Numbered from the stretch's first letter, positions 25,683 to 40,327 are shown. The stretch is DNA of 64,000 bases from Octopus sinensis (GCF_006345805.1 NC_043016.1:4216001-4280000); one strand, 5' to 3'. Translations and numbers: made by a program. Notes: generated by a model not told the origin, from the letters alone.

Positions 25683-28418
25683 GTATATATAAAAGGCAGG
25701 ATGTGTGTGTATACGTGAATGTAGTTTATGCACGTTCACAAATTAGCACGCATGTCGCTCCAATTTTAGGAGGACATTCGTCACAATCCTAGCTGTATTT
25801 TCGTCAAATTATTTTTCCCGAGGCACTTGCTGGTAGCGGTAAAAATCGATCTTCAACCTTAACTTTAACCAATTTTGAAGTTTGCTAACATGAGTTAAGT
25901 CCCCTTCTTGCCATAGTCAAGTGAAAATGTGTGTGTATGTGTAAGGGAGAGAGAGAGAGAAGTTGTGTTGATGTATGTGTGTGTGAGGGAGAGAGAGAGT
26001 GACAGCATAAAATGTTTTTTTTCTTATAGTGTTCAAATTTAGGATGTTTTTGAAAGACACTATATTTTATAATCAGATTATATATACTTTCTCACACAGC
26101 AATTAAAATATATCTATTTTAAATCGTTCATCTTTCTCCCCCCTCTCTCTCACACACACACATTACTTTGGGTGCGAAAGAGTTTTGTTTTTATTTTATG
26201 TCAAGTAAAAAAGCATTCTGTTGATAATCCATTTATTTAACAACATAGAAACAAAGAGGTAGGTAACAATTTGTCAGTGAATTACACTACACAATATAAA
26301 TGGGTAAAATTTCCGAGGCTCCGCCTCACCCCACCCCGTTCCTCAGACCACAAAGAGGGTTTTGTAGCATATTAGGAGGCCAGGGTAGTTGATTCCACGC
26401 AAAAAATCCGATTTTTTCTTCTTAGTGAAAATTGTGCGAGTGTTATCTAAAAATTTGCCTGGGGTTTTTCATGGTAAATTTGAGATTAAAAACAAATGTT
26501 TTCCATATTCTTAATCTCCGTATTTTTTCACGTACATTAAAAAATAGATGGTGAAAAGATGAATGGGTGGTGGGGGTTAAAATTTCTGAGGCTTCCACCA
26601 CACCACACCCCGTTTTTCAAACCACAAAAAGGGTTTTGTAGCATATTAGGAGGCCAGGGTAGTTGATTCCACACAAAGAATCCAATTTTTTTTTCCTTAG
26701 TGAAAATTGTGCAAGTGTTAATCTAAAAATTTAATCTAAAACCTTTTTCCCATTCATTTCTGTTTATGAAATTATCTGTACGTAATTTTGTCTTCTCGGT
26801 GGTCAAGGCAAATGATGACTGGCAAAGCAACAGTGCCCTAATGCTGACATTGGATACAATGACCTGATCTACAATAACATGCTGATTGAAATCAAGGATG
26901 CCCTGCTCAAAATGGGTAGGGAAGCATTGAACACATTCGGTTTGCCATCCTCATTGCCACACTCCCACCAAAGTTACTTTTGGAGTTGTCATATGGTGCT
27001 GATGGCCTTGTGGAGTACCTGAGAGTAAATGAACTGAAATTGCTCCTTGATCAGAGGCTGGTGTATGAAACTGTCCTCAGTGCCATTGAAAAACAGGCGG
27101 GCGGCATTTTTTTCTTCAATGCTGCTAGAGAAACCGGCAAATCCTTTGTAACACAATTAATACTCGCTAAGATTCATCGCGAGAAACAAATTGCGCTAGC
27201 TGTTGCTTCCTCAGGAATTGCTGCTACGTTATTGCCAGGAGGTAGGACAGCGCATTCGGCATTCAAGTTGCCTTTACATTTGGTGAGGGCCAAGGTTCCT
27301 ACTGGCAACATTGGCAAAAATTCAGAGGAAGGTGAAGGTCTTAGACAGTGCCGTCTGGTTGTATGAGACGAATGCACAATGACCAATAAGGGTGCCCTTG
27401 AGGCACTGGACCAGTCACTGAAAGATATCAGGGATTCTACAGCTTCTATGGGTGGTGTAACTCTATTGCTTTCAGGAGATTTCTGGCAAACCCTTCCTGT
27501 CATCCCTAAAGGGAGCTGGGCTGATGAAGTGCGTGCATGCCTTAAGTCATCCATGTTGTGGCTCCAGGTTAAGACCTTAAGCCTAAGCACTTACTTGGTG
27601 ATAGCACGTCTGCAGTATTTGCAAAAGACATTTTAGCCCCTGCTTCACTGATGCTATCACCCTAATTTCTCCTCCTTTCTCTTTGCAAGTGTGCAACGAT
27701 TAAAATGAAAGTATTATATAAAACGAGAGAAGTGTACCTTAAAAAAAAAACAACACAGCAAACAGAAACAAATAAATACATAACGATTTACTAAAAACAC
27801 AATTTCTTCAATTAGAGTTTACCTATGATTTTTCGGTCATGGCATACAAAATTTCAATTTCACCCCCATTTCAGAAAAAATTCAAGAAAACTAAATATTT
27901 TAGCATTTCACTCTGCATATTACTCCCACTTCCTCTTTACACACATAGACACGCAAATATATAAATAAAATTGTAAGCTAACGTGTGTGTGAGTGTGTGT
28001 GTGTGCATCTGTGTGTGTGTGAGAGTGCGTGTGTGTCTGTGTGTGTGTGTGTGTGAGTGTGTGACAGGGATGAGCAAATCAAACTGGTCATCCTTTTTGC
28101 TAGATCACCTAACATCTAAAGTTATCTCTAAGTAGCAGTCGCCCAAAAGTGTATATAGACACATGTATGTATAATGTGTGTGTGTATATATTTCCATAGA
28201 GGTAACCATTCACTCCATACAAAGTTATTTAGGACAAATTGGATGAATATAAGATCTAAAGTATATCCAAGTAGCAGAAAGATCGCCCAAAAGTGTATAT
28301 AGATATTTAAATGTATTTATATATTCATCTATACACACATGTATGTATAATGTGTGTGTATATATTTCCATAGAGGTAACCATTCACTCCGCACAAAGTT
28401 TTCTAGGACGGACGAAAA
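25683..28418 (+). mobile_element. Helitron derivative with a decayed Pif1-type helicase segment (about 26820-27636)
   Basis: Motifs ETGKSF (Walker A remnant), AVASSGIAATLLPGGRTAHSAFKLP, DECTM and GGVTLLLSGDF.QTLPV. Helitron-like 5' end tatataaaaggcagg. Internal direct repeats near 26305/26578 and 28130/28268. Confidence 0.8.
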
Positions 28419-29264
28419 TCTTTATATATAAAAGAAAGGTTGTGTGTCTGTCTACTCCGATTTAGATTCCTAACTACTCCCATATTTTGCGATGCAGTTT
28501 AACCAAAACCGAGTATCTTATAGTCGTGATTCATATCGAGCCCTTCTGGGTATTAGCGCGCGTCTATGATGAGTCTACGATTTTACAAATAATTTACCAT
28601 CATTTTCTCCCATTTTAATGCATATTTTTTTAATAAAGGGAAGTAACTCTCAAACTTCACACCAATATGCGTGCTCATATGCGACGTAATATCACATCAG
28701 CAGCATTTCCTCACACCCTCCTTGCACTTGGCGAAGGCAAAATACCAGGGGATGAAAATGGTAATATTGCCATCGATTCCATTTGTACCGTTGTTAAGAT
28801 GCCTTCTGATCTCAGAGATGCAGTGTTCCAAGATCTACAAGCTAATTATCAGAATATGGATTGGATTGGCCAAAAGGCTATACTGGCCCTGAGGAATAAA
28901 ACTGTTCACCATATTATTGATGAAATGCTAAGACTCATTCCTGGGGAAGTCTATGTATATCGGTCTATCAATACAGCTCCTGACCCACAGGACGTCATCA
29001 ACTATCCAATAGAGGTACTCAATTCCTTTGAGCACCCCGGACTAACACCACACATTCTCAAACTTAAAGTTGGTGCCCCTATAATGCTCATCAGAAATTT
29101 GGTTCCCCCAAAACAATGCAATGGCACACGTTTGATCGTTAAGTCCTTATCTCTCAGCGTAAACTTATATCAATATTTGCCTGAATAATCATCATAATTC
29201 AGTGCAATCATTAACAGTACTTTCAAGCAATTCAGCCCCGAGCAACGCTGGGCAATTCTGCTAG
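28419..29264 (+). mobile_element. Helitron with a C-terminal Pif1 helicase fragment
   Basis: a|TC 5' end and 3' hairpin cccgagcaacgctggg plus CTAG|t. ORF 28667-29188 contains NMRA, LLALGEG and LKLKVGAPIMLIRNL..CNGTRLIV. Confidence 0.88.
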
Positions 29265-29287
29265 TATATATATATATATATATATAT

Positions 29288-29830
29288 ATACTTTATAATT
29301 AGGGTTCAGCAAAGATTTGCTTTACCACATACCGAAGTTTAGAAATAGCAGTCAAAAAATCTTAGCTATTTCTACTACTTTAAAAAGGGACTCCCAGAAA
29401 AACCAAAATACTTGAAAACAATCCACGCAGGCAGAGAGGAAAAATAACGAAAATCAATCCATATCTGGTCACCCATTTACGTGAGTTTCGGAATTAGTTC
29501 GGTATAAAGAATATAGAATTATACTTTACCCAACCATTTTCGCTCATCAGCATGGGACTCCAGCAATATTAAATTAAAGGCACTGGAAGAATTGAATATA
29601 TCTCTCCACCTAATGGTATCAGACAGATCATATTCAGAGTCCCTTTTTAAAGTAGAAGAAATAGCTAAGATTTTTTGACTGCTATTTCTAAACTTCGGTA
29701 TGTAGTAAAGCAAATCTTTGCTGAACCCTAATTATAAAGTATTACTTAAGTTTACCGTGAAATGGTCCTTTTTCTTGCCGAATTCTACTTGGTGAAATTA
29801 TTGATTACTTCTTAATAAATTAATTTTACC
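29288..29830 (-). mobile_element. Probable Penelope-like terminal repeat remnant with an inverted ~105-bp duplication and a hammerhead motif
   Basis: Inverted arms 29288-29393 and 29637-29742. Minus strand reads cccatg-CTGATGA...C-GAAAC-tcac-GTA-aatggg. Confidence 0.55.
29472..29556 (-). ncRNA. Type I hammerhead ribozyme-like motif with a long stem II
   Basis: CUGAUGA and GAAA cores are intact. Stem I CCCAU/AUGGG, GUA cleavage triplet, imperfect long stem II. Confidence 0.5.
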
Positions 29831-29909
29831 CTTTGTTATATATGTGTATTGTTATATGTTGTTAACCCATGCTAGCATGGAAAGCGGACGCTGAACGATG
29901 ATGATGATG

Positions 29910-30170
29910 ATTGTTATATGTTGTTATATATATATGATAATGTATATATTGTTATATATATATATGATAATGTATATATTGTTTTGTATATATATATATA
30001 TATATATGATAATGTATATATTGTTATATATATATATGATAATGTATATATTGTTTTGTATATATATATATATATCTATATATATATGATAATGTATATA
30101 TTGTTATATATATATATGATAATGTATATATTGTTATATATATATATGATAATGTATATATTGTTTTGTG
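29910..30170. repeat. AT-rich minisatellite (~29-40 bp unit, atatatgataatgtatatattgtt)
   Basis: About 7 tandem units visible. Confidence 0.9.
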
Positions 30171-30212
<42 letters not shown>

Positions 30213-30364
30213 ACTACCTACACTATAAAGCTAGTGATATTTATACTGGATGCTATATAACTGACTGTGTATATGTTGACCTGCTCACACTATAAGTTAA
30301 TAATTACAAATGGTTATCATCCCCTTTTAATCTCATCTTTTTTTTTTAACTGCATCACTGTTAG

Positions 30365-30580
30365 CTCATTAGCATTTAAACTGACCATATCTGGCCCAAA
30401 TATTCTATCTGTTTTATTTTCAAACAGGCCAGACTGCACCTCTTGCACCTACTTTACAATATTATTCTAAAAATAAGCAATCACATTAACATCTCAAAGT
30501 TACAAGATAAACATGGTTAATTGAAAACAATGTGAATAAATGAACATTATACTTGACAGAGTATTCTGAATACTAAAGGG
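30365..30580. mobile_element. TTAA-type (piggyBac-like) MITE, older copy
   Basis: Homologous to 63050-63282. Right end ctaaaGGG|TTAA. Confidence 0.6.
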
Positions 30581-33500
30581 TTAAGCTATTTGTCGCAGTT
30601 GCTATTTATATAAAGGAAAAAGAAAATCCACAAGTTGATCATGGCCAGTGCATAAATATTAACATTAGAAAGGCATGGTATCATAAAAATGATCTTTCCA
30701 GTAAGGCTCTACCATTAAGAACTTAATGGTAGCTTGGAGTAAGCTTACTGCGAAGAAATTTAAGGACACCTTATAAGAATACTGGATTTGGATCATATTA
30801 TAGGGTGGAGTGAACGGCTAGGGAATTAAAGGAGTGGAAAACTGTAACTTCTATTTAGTAACAAAACATTTCTCAACATGTGAGTGGCAAGTGATATTAG
30901 ACATGTTAAATATCTAGGCCATATGACAATGAAATATGGTGAGTGCAGAGGTTGAACATTTAGAGTAGAACAAATTAACTATTATCTGTTGCAGCATGGA
31001 ATTTTAACTGGCATGGAAGCTAAGGTAATTAACATAAGTGTGTTGAGAAAGTAGCTAATCTGATGTGGGCAGGAGAGATTAGCACCATCATTATCACTAC
31101 CACCACCACCACCACCATTATCACCATTACTCCTATCATCATCATCGTCGTCATAATCATCATCATCATCACATCCTTTTTTTATGTTTTTGTTTTTAAG
31201 CTGTCATAGGTTCAGCAGTTTGTCATAGCTTCATGTTCATTTTTGTTTGAATTTCTTCATGGTTAGCATGTGCTGCAGCTGGCAGAGCCCATGTCTCATG
31301 CTTACATTCCATTTTTTGCCATTTTTTCTATGACTTGGTGCTCTTCCAATCAGTAGCTGTTCTTTCTTTTATAGATTATAACGGGTGTATTTCATTGTGC
31401 CATCAGCAGTAGAGTAGTTGCTCCATATGAGCAGGACTGAAGTGTTTCCTCTAATCTGTGTTCTTACTCAGAGTTACTTCCCTCTTAAACAAGTACACTA
31501 TACCACCTAATATGGTCCACTGTGTAATCACCCAGAATTCCTCACATTGCTCCACATATTGTCACAGTCCTTTGTTTTTCTCCACCACCATATATCAGGT
31601 GTCATTCCTCTTTCCATGCCACCTGTCATCATCCTTTAGTTCATCATACCACATGCCGCCATACTTCTTCTTTCCAAATTATCAGCTATAGTTTGTCTCA
31701 TCATTCACCATTGTTTCATCTCATCACTCAACAGTCTTTTGTCTCACCATCTATCTTTTGTCTTGCCACCTATCAATCTTCTTTAGCATCTGTTGCTGTC
31801 ATCAAAAGAAAATCCAATCTTTTGTTACGTATGTTATTGTTATTGGCCAGATTTCTTACAACCAGATACTGTTACTCTTGTTAGACATTTTAAAGGAAGG
31901 ACTGGGCTTTTTTTTTTCCACAAGAAAGGTTTCCTAAACACAAGGGCTTAAGAGTATTTTCTAACATATTTTGCCTGAATCGTGCTTACCATTTTAATTT
32001 GGGTTTGAAGGAGTTAAGGGAATGAGATTGTCCAAGAATGGTTGAGGGGTTCAGGAAAGTAGGCACACCAAACAGTACTGGAGATGGTAGTCTATGAATA
32101 AGTGTGAGTGCTGTATAGTAGCTGTTAACCATTCAGAAATATCCATCTCTTTACAGCTAATAATTTAAATGAGAAATACTCTGCATATAAACTATGTTAG
32201 GTTCCACATTCACAATATCCATACTAATAAAAATGAATTTCTCTGCATATGCTTGTATCCACATTGCTTCTGGGCTTATAGAATAGAGATAACACTCACA
32301 AAATAAAATGAAAGTACAGACCCTACCAACACACACACAAAATGTAATGCACAAGCATACATTCATACAAATGTGAATTTCTATGTGTGTGTGGCTGCAT
32401 GTCTTCCTGGCTTATAGACTAAGCACCATTAATGTCTTCTCCCAACAAAAATACATATTTGGAATTGGGGTAATCCTAGAAGTGTTTCTACACTACTTTG
32501 GTTCACCAGCTTGAGGTGTATCTAATGAAGTAAATATAATGGCCCTGCAGAGCACCCTAAAATACCTTTATTTCTTATGACCAGCAAAATGCCAACTAAG
32601 GAATATAACATTTGAAGTAGAAGTTTATAGCATAAATAAGATGGTTATTGGTTGAAGTATATTTAAAGAGATAAGAATTTAGATGACAAACAATGAGAAT
32701 AATTAACATTTTTGGTACTCCATTAAGTTTTACATGTGCTTCAGCAGTAAAGCACTCCTTGTGTTGGTTGGGATTAAGTTAGCACTGAGTAACAATTTTG
32801 TTATTCATCAAATCTTTCTTCATGAAGAGAAATTCCAGGAACATGAAATAGTAATCAATTTCCTCTTTATTAACCCTTTTGAGACTCTCATTGTTTTGGA
32901 ATGTATGGCCAAAAAAAACCAAAATGTTTTTCCTTTTGAGCTTGAAATTTTTGCGTGCATGTAGAATAGAAAGGATAAAATGTCTAAAACTCTTTCATCT
33001 GTATGTAAAACTATATTATATAGTGTTACATTACATCTACTGAAAGACGACCTCTGAGAGGTTATTATACATCAAAATGTTTATTTTATTGGGCTGATCA
33101 ATGAGCCCAGGAGTCCCAAGGAGATTAAGAACATTTCCTGAGTATAAAATTTCTTTTAAATCATGAGCCAACTTAATTTGTCTTTGAAATGGTTTGAAAC
33201 TCAAATAAAAATTCATGAATTATAGAAGTTTTAATTATTTTCATTGAAACTGTGTTAGAAAAATTGTAGATGATAATGTGTATGAGGGATTATCATTGTT
33301 TAATGTTCGTTTTCCATACAGGAATGGGATGGCTGGTTTAGCAGGAACCAACAAGCTAGAAGACTGTGTAAAGCTCCAATGTCTGCTTTGGCAGGGGTTC
33401 TTCCACTCGGTGTCCTTCCTAATAACAGACTGCACTGGATTCATTTTTCATAACACTGGCTGTGGTAATTTGCATGACAAGGTTCCTTAATGCATGTAGG

Positions 33501-35439
33501 GGTGTAATATTAAGGGAGGTGGCTTTATGCTTGACGATGAGAGGCAGAAACAGCTGTCTTGCAGTACAAAAGGTGCATGGTTACTCCAGCTGGGAAAAGG
33601 AGAGATGGTGAGCATAAGAGATGTGATCCAGAGGTTTGGTAAAATTGTAAGAGTATGAAAAGGAGAGTAGCAGATGAATAGAGATGGTAACAGAGGTGAA
33701 TTTAGTGGACAGCGGTGTGGTCAATGGTAAATATCAGTTGAGAGGTAGAAAGGTGGAGGAAATAAGATTGGGGAAGGAAAGTGATAGATGGCAGCTCAGA
33801 TGATTTGCAGTGTTGGTAGTGTTGCAGAGCTACACAGTGTCAGGGACAAAGTCAGTGATAAACAGGGGTGGAAATAGTGCATGATGAACATAAGTGGTGG
33901 GGATATACCATTGTTCTCTCATGAGAGAGTGTAAAGGGGAAGATTGGAGGTGAAAGGGGCATTTAGTGGAAATTAAGATTCTATGGGATGGAAGTGAGAA
34001 ACAAATTGCTCTAATGAGTGTGAGTGTAAGAAAGGGATAAAATATGTTCAGTCCTACTCTGATATAATTGCAATAGCTGAGTGAATAGTGTCATAGTGAG
34101 AATATTGATGGAGATAGGATGTTAGGAAGATGCGGGAGAAGAGACATCAAGCGCAGCAGATTAGGTGCACGAGCATAGACGCAAAAGATATGGTTCTAGG
34201 GGTTTATTTGTGATATATGCGCATGTATTTGTGTGTGTGTGTGTGTATACACACATGCACATTATTTATTTACATATACACAGTTATATGCACATCTGTA
34301 TAAGTAGTGCTTGAATATATGTATGCATGTGTGCGTATGCTAGTGAAAGAGGGAGAGAGAGAATTTGTGTTATATATAAAATTTGTTTTTGTCAGTTTTC
34401 TCTCACACATACACATAAACATGTAAATTTCTATGTATACACACACACACACACACATCTTGCAGAATCTGACAAAATTTATTCTGTCTCTCCCCCTCCC
34501 CCCCCTCTCTCTCTTTATCTATGTTCAAGAGAAAGAAGCATACAACAGACATACCTCTCAGACAGTATCTTGAATGTCAATTTTCTGTGTCAACAGCTTC
34601 TAAATGCAAGGACACCTTCAATGAAATGAAATATTGTGAAGAAATGTTTTATAGATATCGTTTACGTTCAGATTTGTGGGTGGTTTTCAAATGGGTACAT
34701 TTCTTATTTTATTTTCATTATTTGGAGAAAAGTATCAACTATGTGTATCTGAATGGATTAAAATTCTTGGTTACAGCATTATCATCATGTTACAATATTT
34801 GTAACTAACCAAAAATAACAAGATGTAAGGGTACACTTACAACTTGTGTAATGAATGTGGATTATCTTAATCTCAAACATATTTATGTATAGATTTAAAC
34901 ATGTGATTTGTACATGTATACTTCCACACACACACACCATTCATGGGCATTTTACACCCATATATTCCTGTGCATACATATTTACTTGCAGGCATTTATA
35001 ATGTACTCTTAAACCTCATTTTTACTAGACACTCTTCCATACTCAGTCACCAGCATCCATACACGTTTACATTTTCATAAATACACATACATTCATAGAT
35101 GTACGCTTTCTCTTATGCTTTTTCATATAGATTCATTCACGTTACTTTTCTATCAGTACAAACACATACCTACATGTACACATTTACTCATGTTGGAGCA
35201 CTTTCCAAGCAAGTACAACTTTGAAACAATGCATGTATGTATGCACACATGCATACGCAACCACCTGCTTCGGAGTATGGTCGTAAAAGAAAGCATCTTT
35301 TTTGTTCATCTTCCATTAGATCTTTAGAAGATCTCATGATCCTTTGTATGAATTAAAGAGGTGCTTTATCTCCTCCACAAGTACCTAAGTTCAGTCATAT
35401 TTTGCTTTTGTTGTATTGGCATGAATCCTGCTGCAACAA

Positions 35440-35612
35440 AAATAAATGTCAAGATGCAAGTGAATCTTGGCTGTGGAAACTCCTTGTTAATGGTCCGTAC
35501 ATGTTCTCTTTCTCTTGTATTTCTCTGACCATATTGGTGTCCAGAAGGCAGCTCATTTCCACAATGGAGCTTATTTTGCCTTGTTGTGCCTCACAGTATG
35601 TGGTCAGTTGTA
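35440..35612 (-). mobile_element. Possible decayed restriction-like endonuclease (REL) C-terminus of an R4/NeSL-type LINE
   Basis: Minus-strand translation IVEMSCLLDTNMVREIQEKENMYGPL resembles the REL motif I.E.SCP.D.N...K..EK...Y. Very degraded. Confidence 0.4.
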
Positions 35613-37386
35613 TTTTAATTTGGTTGCTGTTTTAATTTTTTTAAATATGTATATATGTGCACATGCATGTAAAATATGTTATTTCTTTTCTAACAGCAAA
35701 CACAATACAGTTTTTGTTTTCTTGAACAGTGCCAGTTCATTTATATAAATGTATAATTTTAATTAGACCTCCACCATTAATGATAGGATCCTATCTCCTC
35801 TCTGTTTCTCTTTTCCTTTCTCTCTCTCTTCTCTCTCTCTGCCATTTGCTTTCTATCTATTTCCTTTCAATGCACTTGTAAAAAAGTTTTGCCATCTGTC
35901 CAACTCCATACATTTGATCATTGTAACATAATGCAATAAAATGTTCTGATGATCTGTTGTGGTTAAGCATCCAGTAGCATTTGGAACCTCCACTGCACAG
36001 GTTCCAAACAACCACGAGTGAAACATATGTAGGAAGCAAATGCTATAAACTAGTGTTTATTGTAATTTCTCCTATATTTGCTTTGTATATCATTACCATA
36101 ATAGAAATCAAACCACTTTCCTAGAAGCAGACTGGATGATGATAATCTACACGAAGCACTAAGTTTAGCAATAGCAGATGTTTCCAAATACAGCTGACAT
36201 CTCAAAAAAAGAAGAAAAAAAACTACCCATCTACTTTACACACCATCATGGGCTGCACATACATGCAGTTATGGACTGCAGATTCAACCAATATGCCTCA
36301 ATGGAATATATGATCAGAGGCTGCACTATGGACATGGAACGACTGATGTGATGTTGACTTAGGTCATTTTGTTGTTTCATTATTATATTGTGTAATATCA
36401 TTTGCCACACGTCTTCAGATACATAATATTCTTATGTCTGTGTGTCTGATTTATCTATGTGTACTTATATGGCTGTGTACCCACGCACAATTGTATATGT
36501 GTATATGTCTATACATTTATATAGATTTGGAGGTATCTATGTACAGAAATGTGTTCAAGTGTATGTATTTGTGTATAAACTCACAAAGATTCTCCTGTAG
36601 ACGTATGTAAATGTGTCGGTGTGTAAATATAGATATATATGCGGGACTTGGTGAATATGTGTGAGTACATATGAGTATATGTCTGTCCTTGTGTTGGTAC
36701 TTATGAGTGTAAAAGAGCCATACCCAAGCGGTATTGCCTCTCTCTGACCATTAATCGGCACTGACTTTAATAGCACCTATTGTGTGTTAGTGTGTGTATG
36801 TGCGCCAGACTACACGTGTTTAATGCATTTGCACGTGTGTGTACATTTGTATGAGAGTGTAGACATGTGCCTGACCATGTGTGAGTGCATTTGTATATCC
36901 ATATCTACTAACAGTTATATGTAATAATTTTTTGTGCTTTATGATATATTTATTTCTTTTCACATCTGCTCTTTGCCATTGTTCTTCTATGAAAATGACA
37001 CAGTATCCGTCAATTTGCCATTTCTATCATTGAAGCCCAAAAAGTGAACGTGTAATTATGAGTTGTGTGAAACAGAGTTTATTTTAATGCGATACCTCTT
37101 GAACATGAACTGAGGAGACTGATCTACACCGAAAGATACACCTAAGTCAGTTGTACAGTATCCCCACTCCCACAAGGGATTGATGCCACATGAGTCAAAA
37201 CGGTTGTAGTGATCAGTAAATGTTCTCATATCTTTCGCCTGTCTTATTAATCAAATACCCAACGAACTGAGAAAGTGGATGTGCTTTGCTAGTAAACTGC
37301 CAGGTGTATACCATACAATTTATTAACTATCATAGTTGCAGTGAAATGACTGAAACAAATAAAAGAATATATATTATATAGACATA

Positions 37387-37421
<35 letters not shown>

Positions 37422-37479
37422 CATACACACATCGATGCTAGATGTGTTGAAATAGTTGTCGTGATTAACAACAAATTCT

Positions 37480-37720
37480 CGTATATTCCATCTTCGGTCT
37501 TTCATTTGCCATGTAGTTGGAGGTCTAAAAAGGCATGTTAAGAGAGTGCATATTGGTGGCGCCTGTTTCTCCTGCCAGCCATCACAGTTGTCTAGTATGT
37601 AATAAAATGTGTAAAAGCTTGGCGGGTCTTCAAAGTCATAGAAGAGCATCACATGGCATCTATCATTTCAGTAAGTCCTCTTGGCAATGGCTTTTCTCAT
37701 GTAATGAGGATGCAGCTGTT
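37480..37720 (+). mobile_element. 3' end of an old RTE LINE with a C2H2 finger
   Basis: CLVCNKMCKSLAGLQSHRRASH resembles the RTE ORF C-terminal finger. Confidence 0.4.
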
Positions 37721-37889
37721 ATGTTACACATACATACATAAACCGTTTATCCCTACACATTGTTTTCTCTTTCTGTTCTTTTTCCTTTCATCCGTTTCTG
37801 TTGAAGAGCATAGGCTCAAAACTTTTCCACTCTTCCTCAGCATCAAACTAATACACCTGCTTGTTGTTCCCTTACATGTCAATGTGAAT

Positions 37890-39480
37890 GTGATACATCT
37901 CAACTTTGCCAAGATATATCACATGGGATAATATGTCGCAAACTACTTGACCTTGGTTTTACATGACTTTTTAAAGGACAGAAGTCAAACAGTTGCAGCC
38001 AATGTTGCTCTCCCTGGGGCAACATCAGACTGCAGTGGAGTCCCTCAGGGAACTGTACTGAGACCACTACTGTTTGTAGGGCTCTCTCAGACGTGCCCTC
38101 AGTCGTACAGTCAGCCACTCTCATCAGCTATGCTGATGATACGAAAGTAATTCTGGCTGTCAAGGACCCTGATGACATAGTAAAACTGCAAAACGACTTA
38201 CATGCAATATACAAATGGCCTGAGGAAAATAACATGCAGTTCAATGCTCATAAGTTTCAAGTACTCCGCTGTTGGCCCACAAACAAACTACAATCAGAAT
38301 ACATAGGGCTCGGGTGCAGGACAATCCCTGAGTTAGAATCAGTGCGTGACCTGGGAATCCAAATCAGTAATGATGCAACATTACATGTGCATATTACCAC
38401 GATGGTAACACTGTGCAGGCGAGTCTCTGGATAGATCTTTAGATCATTCAGAATTAGAAATAATGATACCTTGCTATTCCAGTGGAGGACATTTGTCTTC
38501 AGTTGTATGGATTACTGCTCCCAAATGTGGATGCCACAATGTGTCAAACTGGTGGCAATCCAGTGCCACTACACAAAGAAGATTGACTCAGTGAAACAGA
38601 TGAGCTACTGGAGAGGCTACAAGAACTGAAGCTCTATTCCCTGGAGAGAAGGCAAGAAAGATATACATATGTGATATACATCTGAAATATCTTGGAAGGC
38701 AGTGATAGGCATATGAAGCAGCCTGGAAGGTCTAGCTTCCAATGTTGGAATTAAAAACTATACTAACCACTGAAGTGGACGGTACTGCATAATACCAAAG
38801 TTATTGTCTTCTTCATCTCAGATAAAGACCCAGTATAGCAACAGCTTGGGTTTCATGGCAGCACAACTGCTAAGAAATCTCAGATATCGGTGAGGTGTAG
38901 ATGTGAAAACCTTCAAAAAGTATATTCTTTACTCTTACTTGTTTCAGTCTTTTGACTGTGGTCATGTTGGAGCACTTCTTTTAGTCAAGCAAATCGACCC
39001 CAGGACTTATTCTTTGTAAGCCTAGTACTTATTCTATCGGTCAGTTTTGCTGAACTGCTAAGTTATGGGAATGTACACACACAAGCATTGGTTGTCAAGC
39101 AATGTTGGGAGAACAAACACAGACACAAATACACACACTCACATGCACACACACATATATATACATATATATATGTATACATATGACGGGCTTCTTTTCA
39201 GTTTCCGTCTACCAAATACATTCACAAGGCTTTGGTCGGCTCGAAGCTATAGTAGAAGACACTTGCCCAAGGTGCCATGCAATGGGACTGAACCTGGGAT
39301 CATGTAGTTGGTAAGCAAGCTACTTACCACACAGCCACTCCTACGCCTATCTGGACAAATTCTATTTGCAATGCCAGATGAGCCCACACCACAACAGGAG
39401 ATACAGAGAAGAGCAGTTTTGTCCAACTCGCTTCTTCATCAAAAGCTACAGAAAAGAAATCCCAAAACAGTGAAAGGTAG
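37890..39480 (+). mobile_element. Decayed CR1/Jockey-group LINE RT, interrupted by a SINE
   Basis: Motifs SGVPQGTVL.PLLF, SYADDTK, LQNDL..IYKW..NNMQFN..KF, RDLGI, DYCSQMW and LKLYSLERR. Resumes after the SINE with LDKF..MPDEP. Confidence 0.85.
38925..39348 (-). mobile_element. tRNA-derived SINE nested in the LINE
   Basis: Homologous to 22120-22500. Confidence 0.82.
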
Positions 39481-39489
39481 TGCTCTGGC

Positions 39490-39554
<65 letters not shown>

Positions 39555-40327
39555 TCTTCACTTGTTTATTACTGTTTTTATTTTATCTTATGTCCATTGT
39601 CAGAATGGATTAAGTAAGGTAGGAGGATACACATGGATAGAAAGGGTTGCTAAAGAGGTCACACAGGTGTGCTGAAAGATTTCAGGACAATGGACATATA
39701 AGATAAAATAAGAACAGTAATAAATGAGTGAAGAATGAATTTATAGTGCATGTGTTTATTTGGCAGAAAAAAAATCAGAAAAAATTACCATCCCGAAATA
39801 CAACAATATCTGTTTTCAACACATGACTTCACATCAGGAATCTTGTAACACAAATTCAGAAACATGTATGTATATATTTATATGGTAAATGAAAGACGGA
39901 AGATAGAAACCATAGAATATAATTTTCAGGAGATGCCGTCTCTATTAACGGGTATTTTTAAAATACTTAATGGAGTTCTGTTTATCATTTATGCAGTCAT
40001 CGTAATTGTTATAATGTTTTGTCGTTGAGATGGGTTCTCTTTCATTCCTGATGAGAAGATACATTATTTTACACCGTTTATGCCTTTGGAATAAAACCAA
40101 TGTTGTCTTCGAAACATATGTCGAAAGTAAAAGAATTTGAATAACACCTGTGTTCAACTCCATTTATTTACTTATACTACACAAATTACTGCATATTAAC
40201 CCAGAGTTTCTACCTTTGAATAGGTAGCTACATCCTTGTTACTTGCGTGAATTTTGCTACCCTGGTAACTGTTTATTGAATTTTATATGTTAAAGGTAAA
40301 CAAAGAATAATTCATTCATCCATTTAC

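Noticed and set aside
29898-30295. ORFs rich in Y/I/M (also at 12776-13040, 40324-40691 and 60339-60781)
   Set aside because: These are translations of (TA)n micro- and minisatellites.
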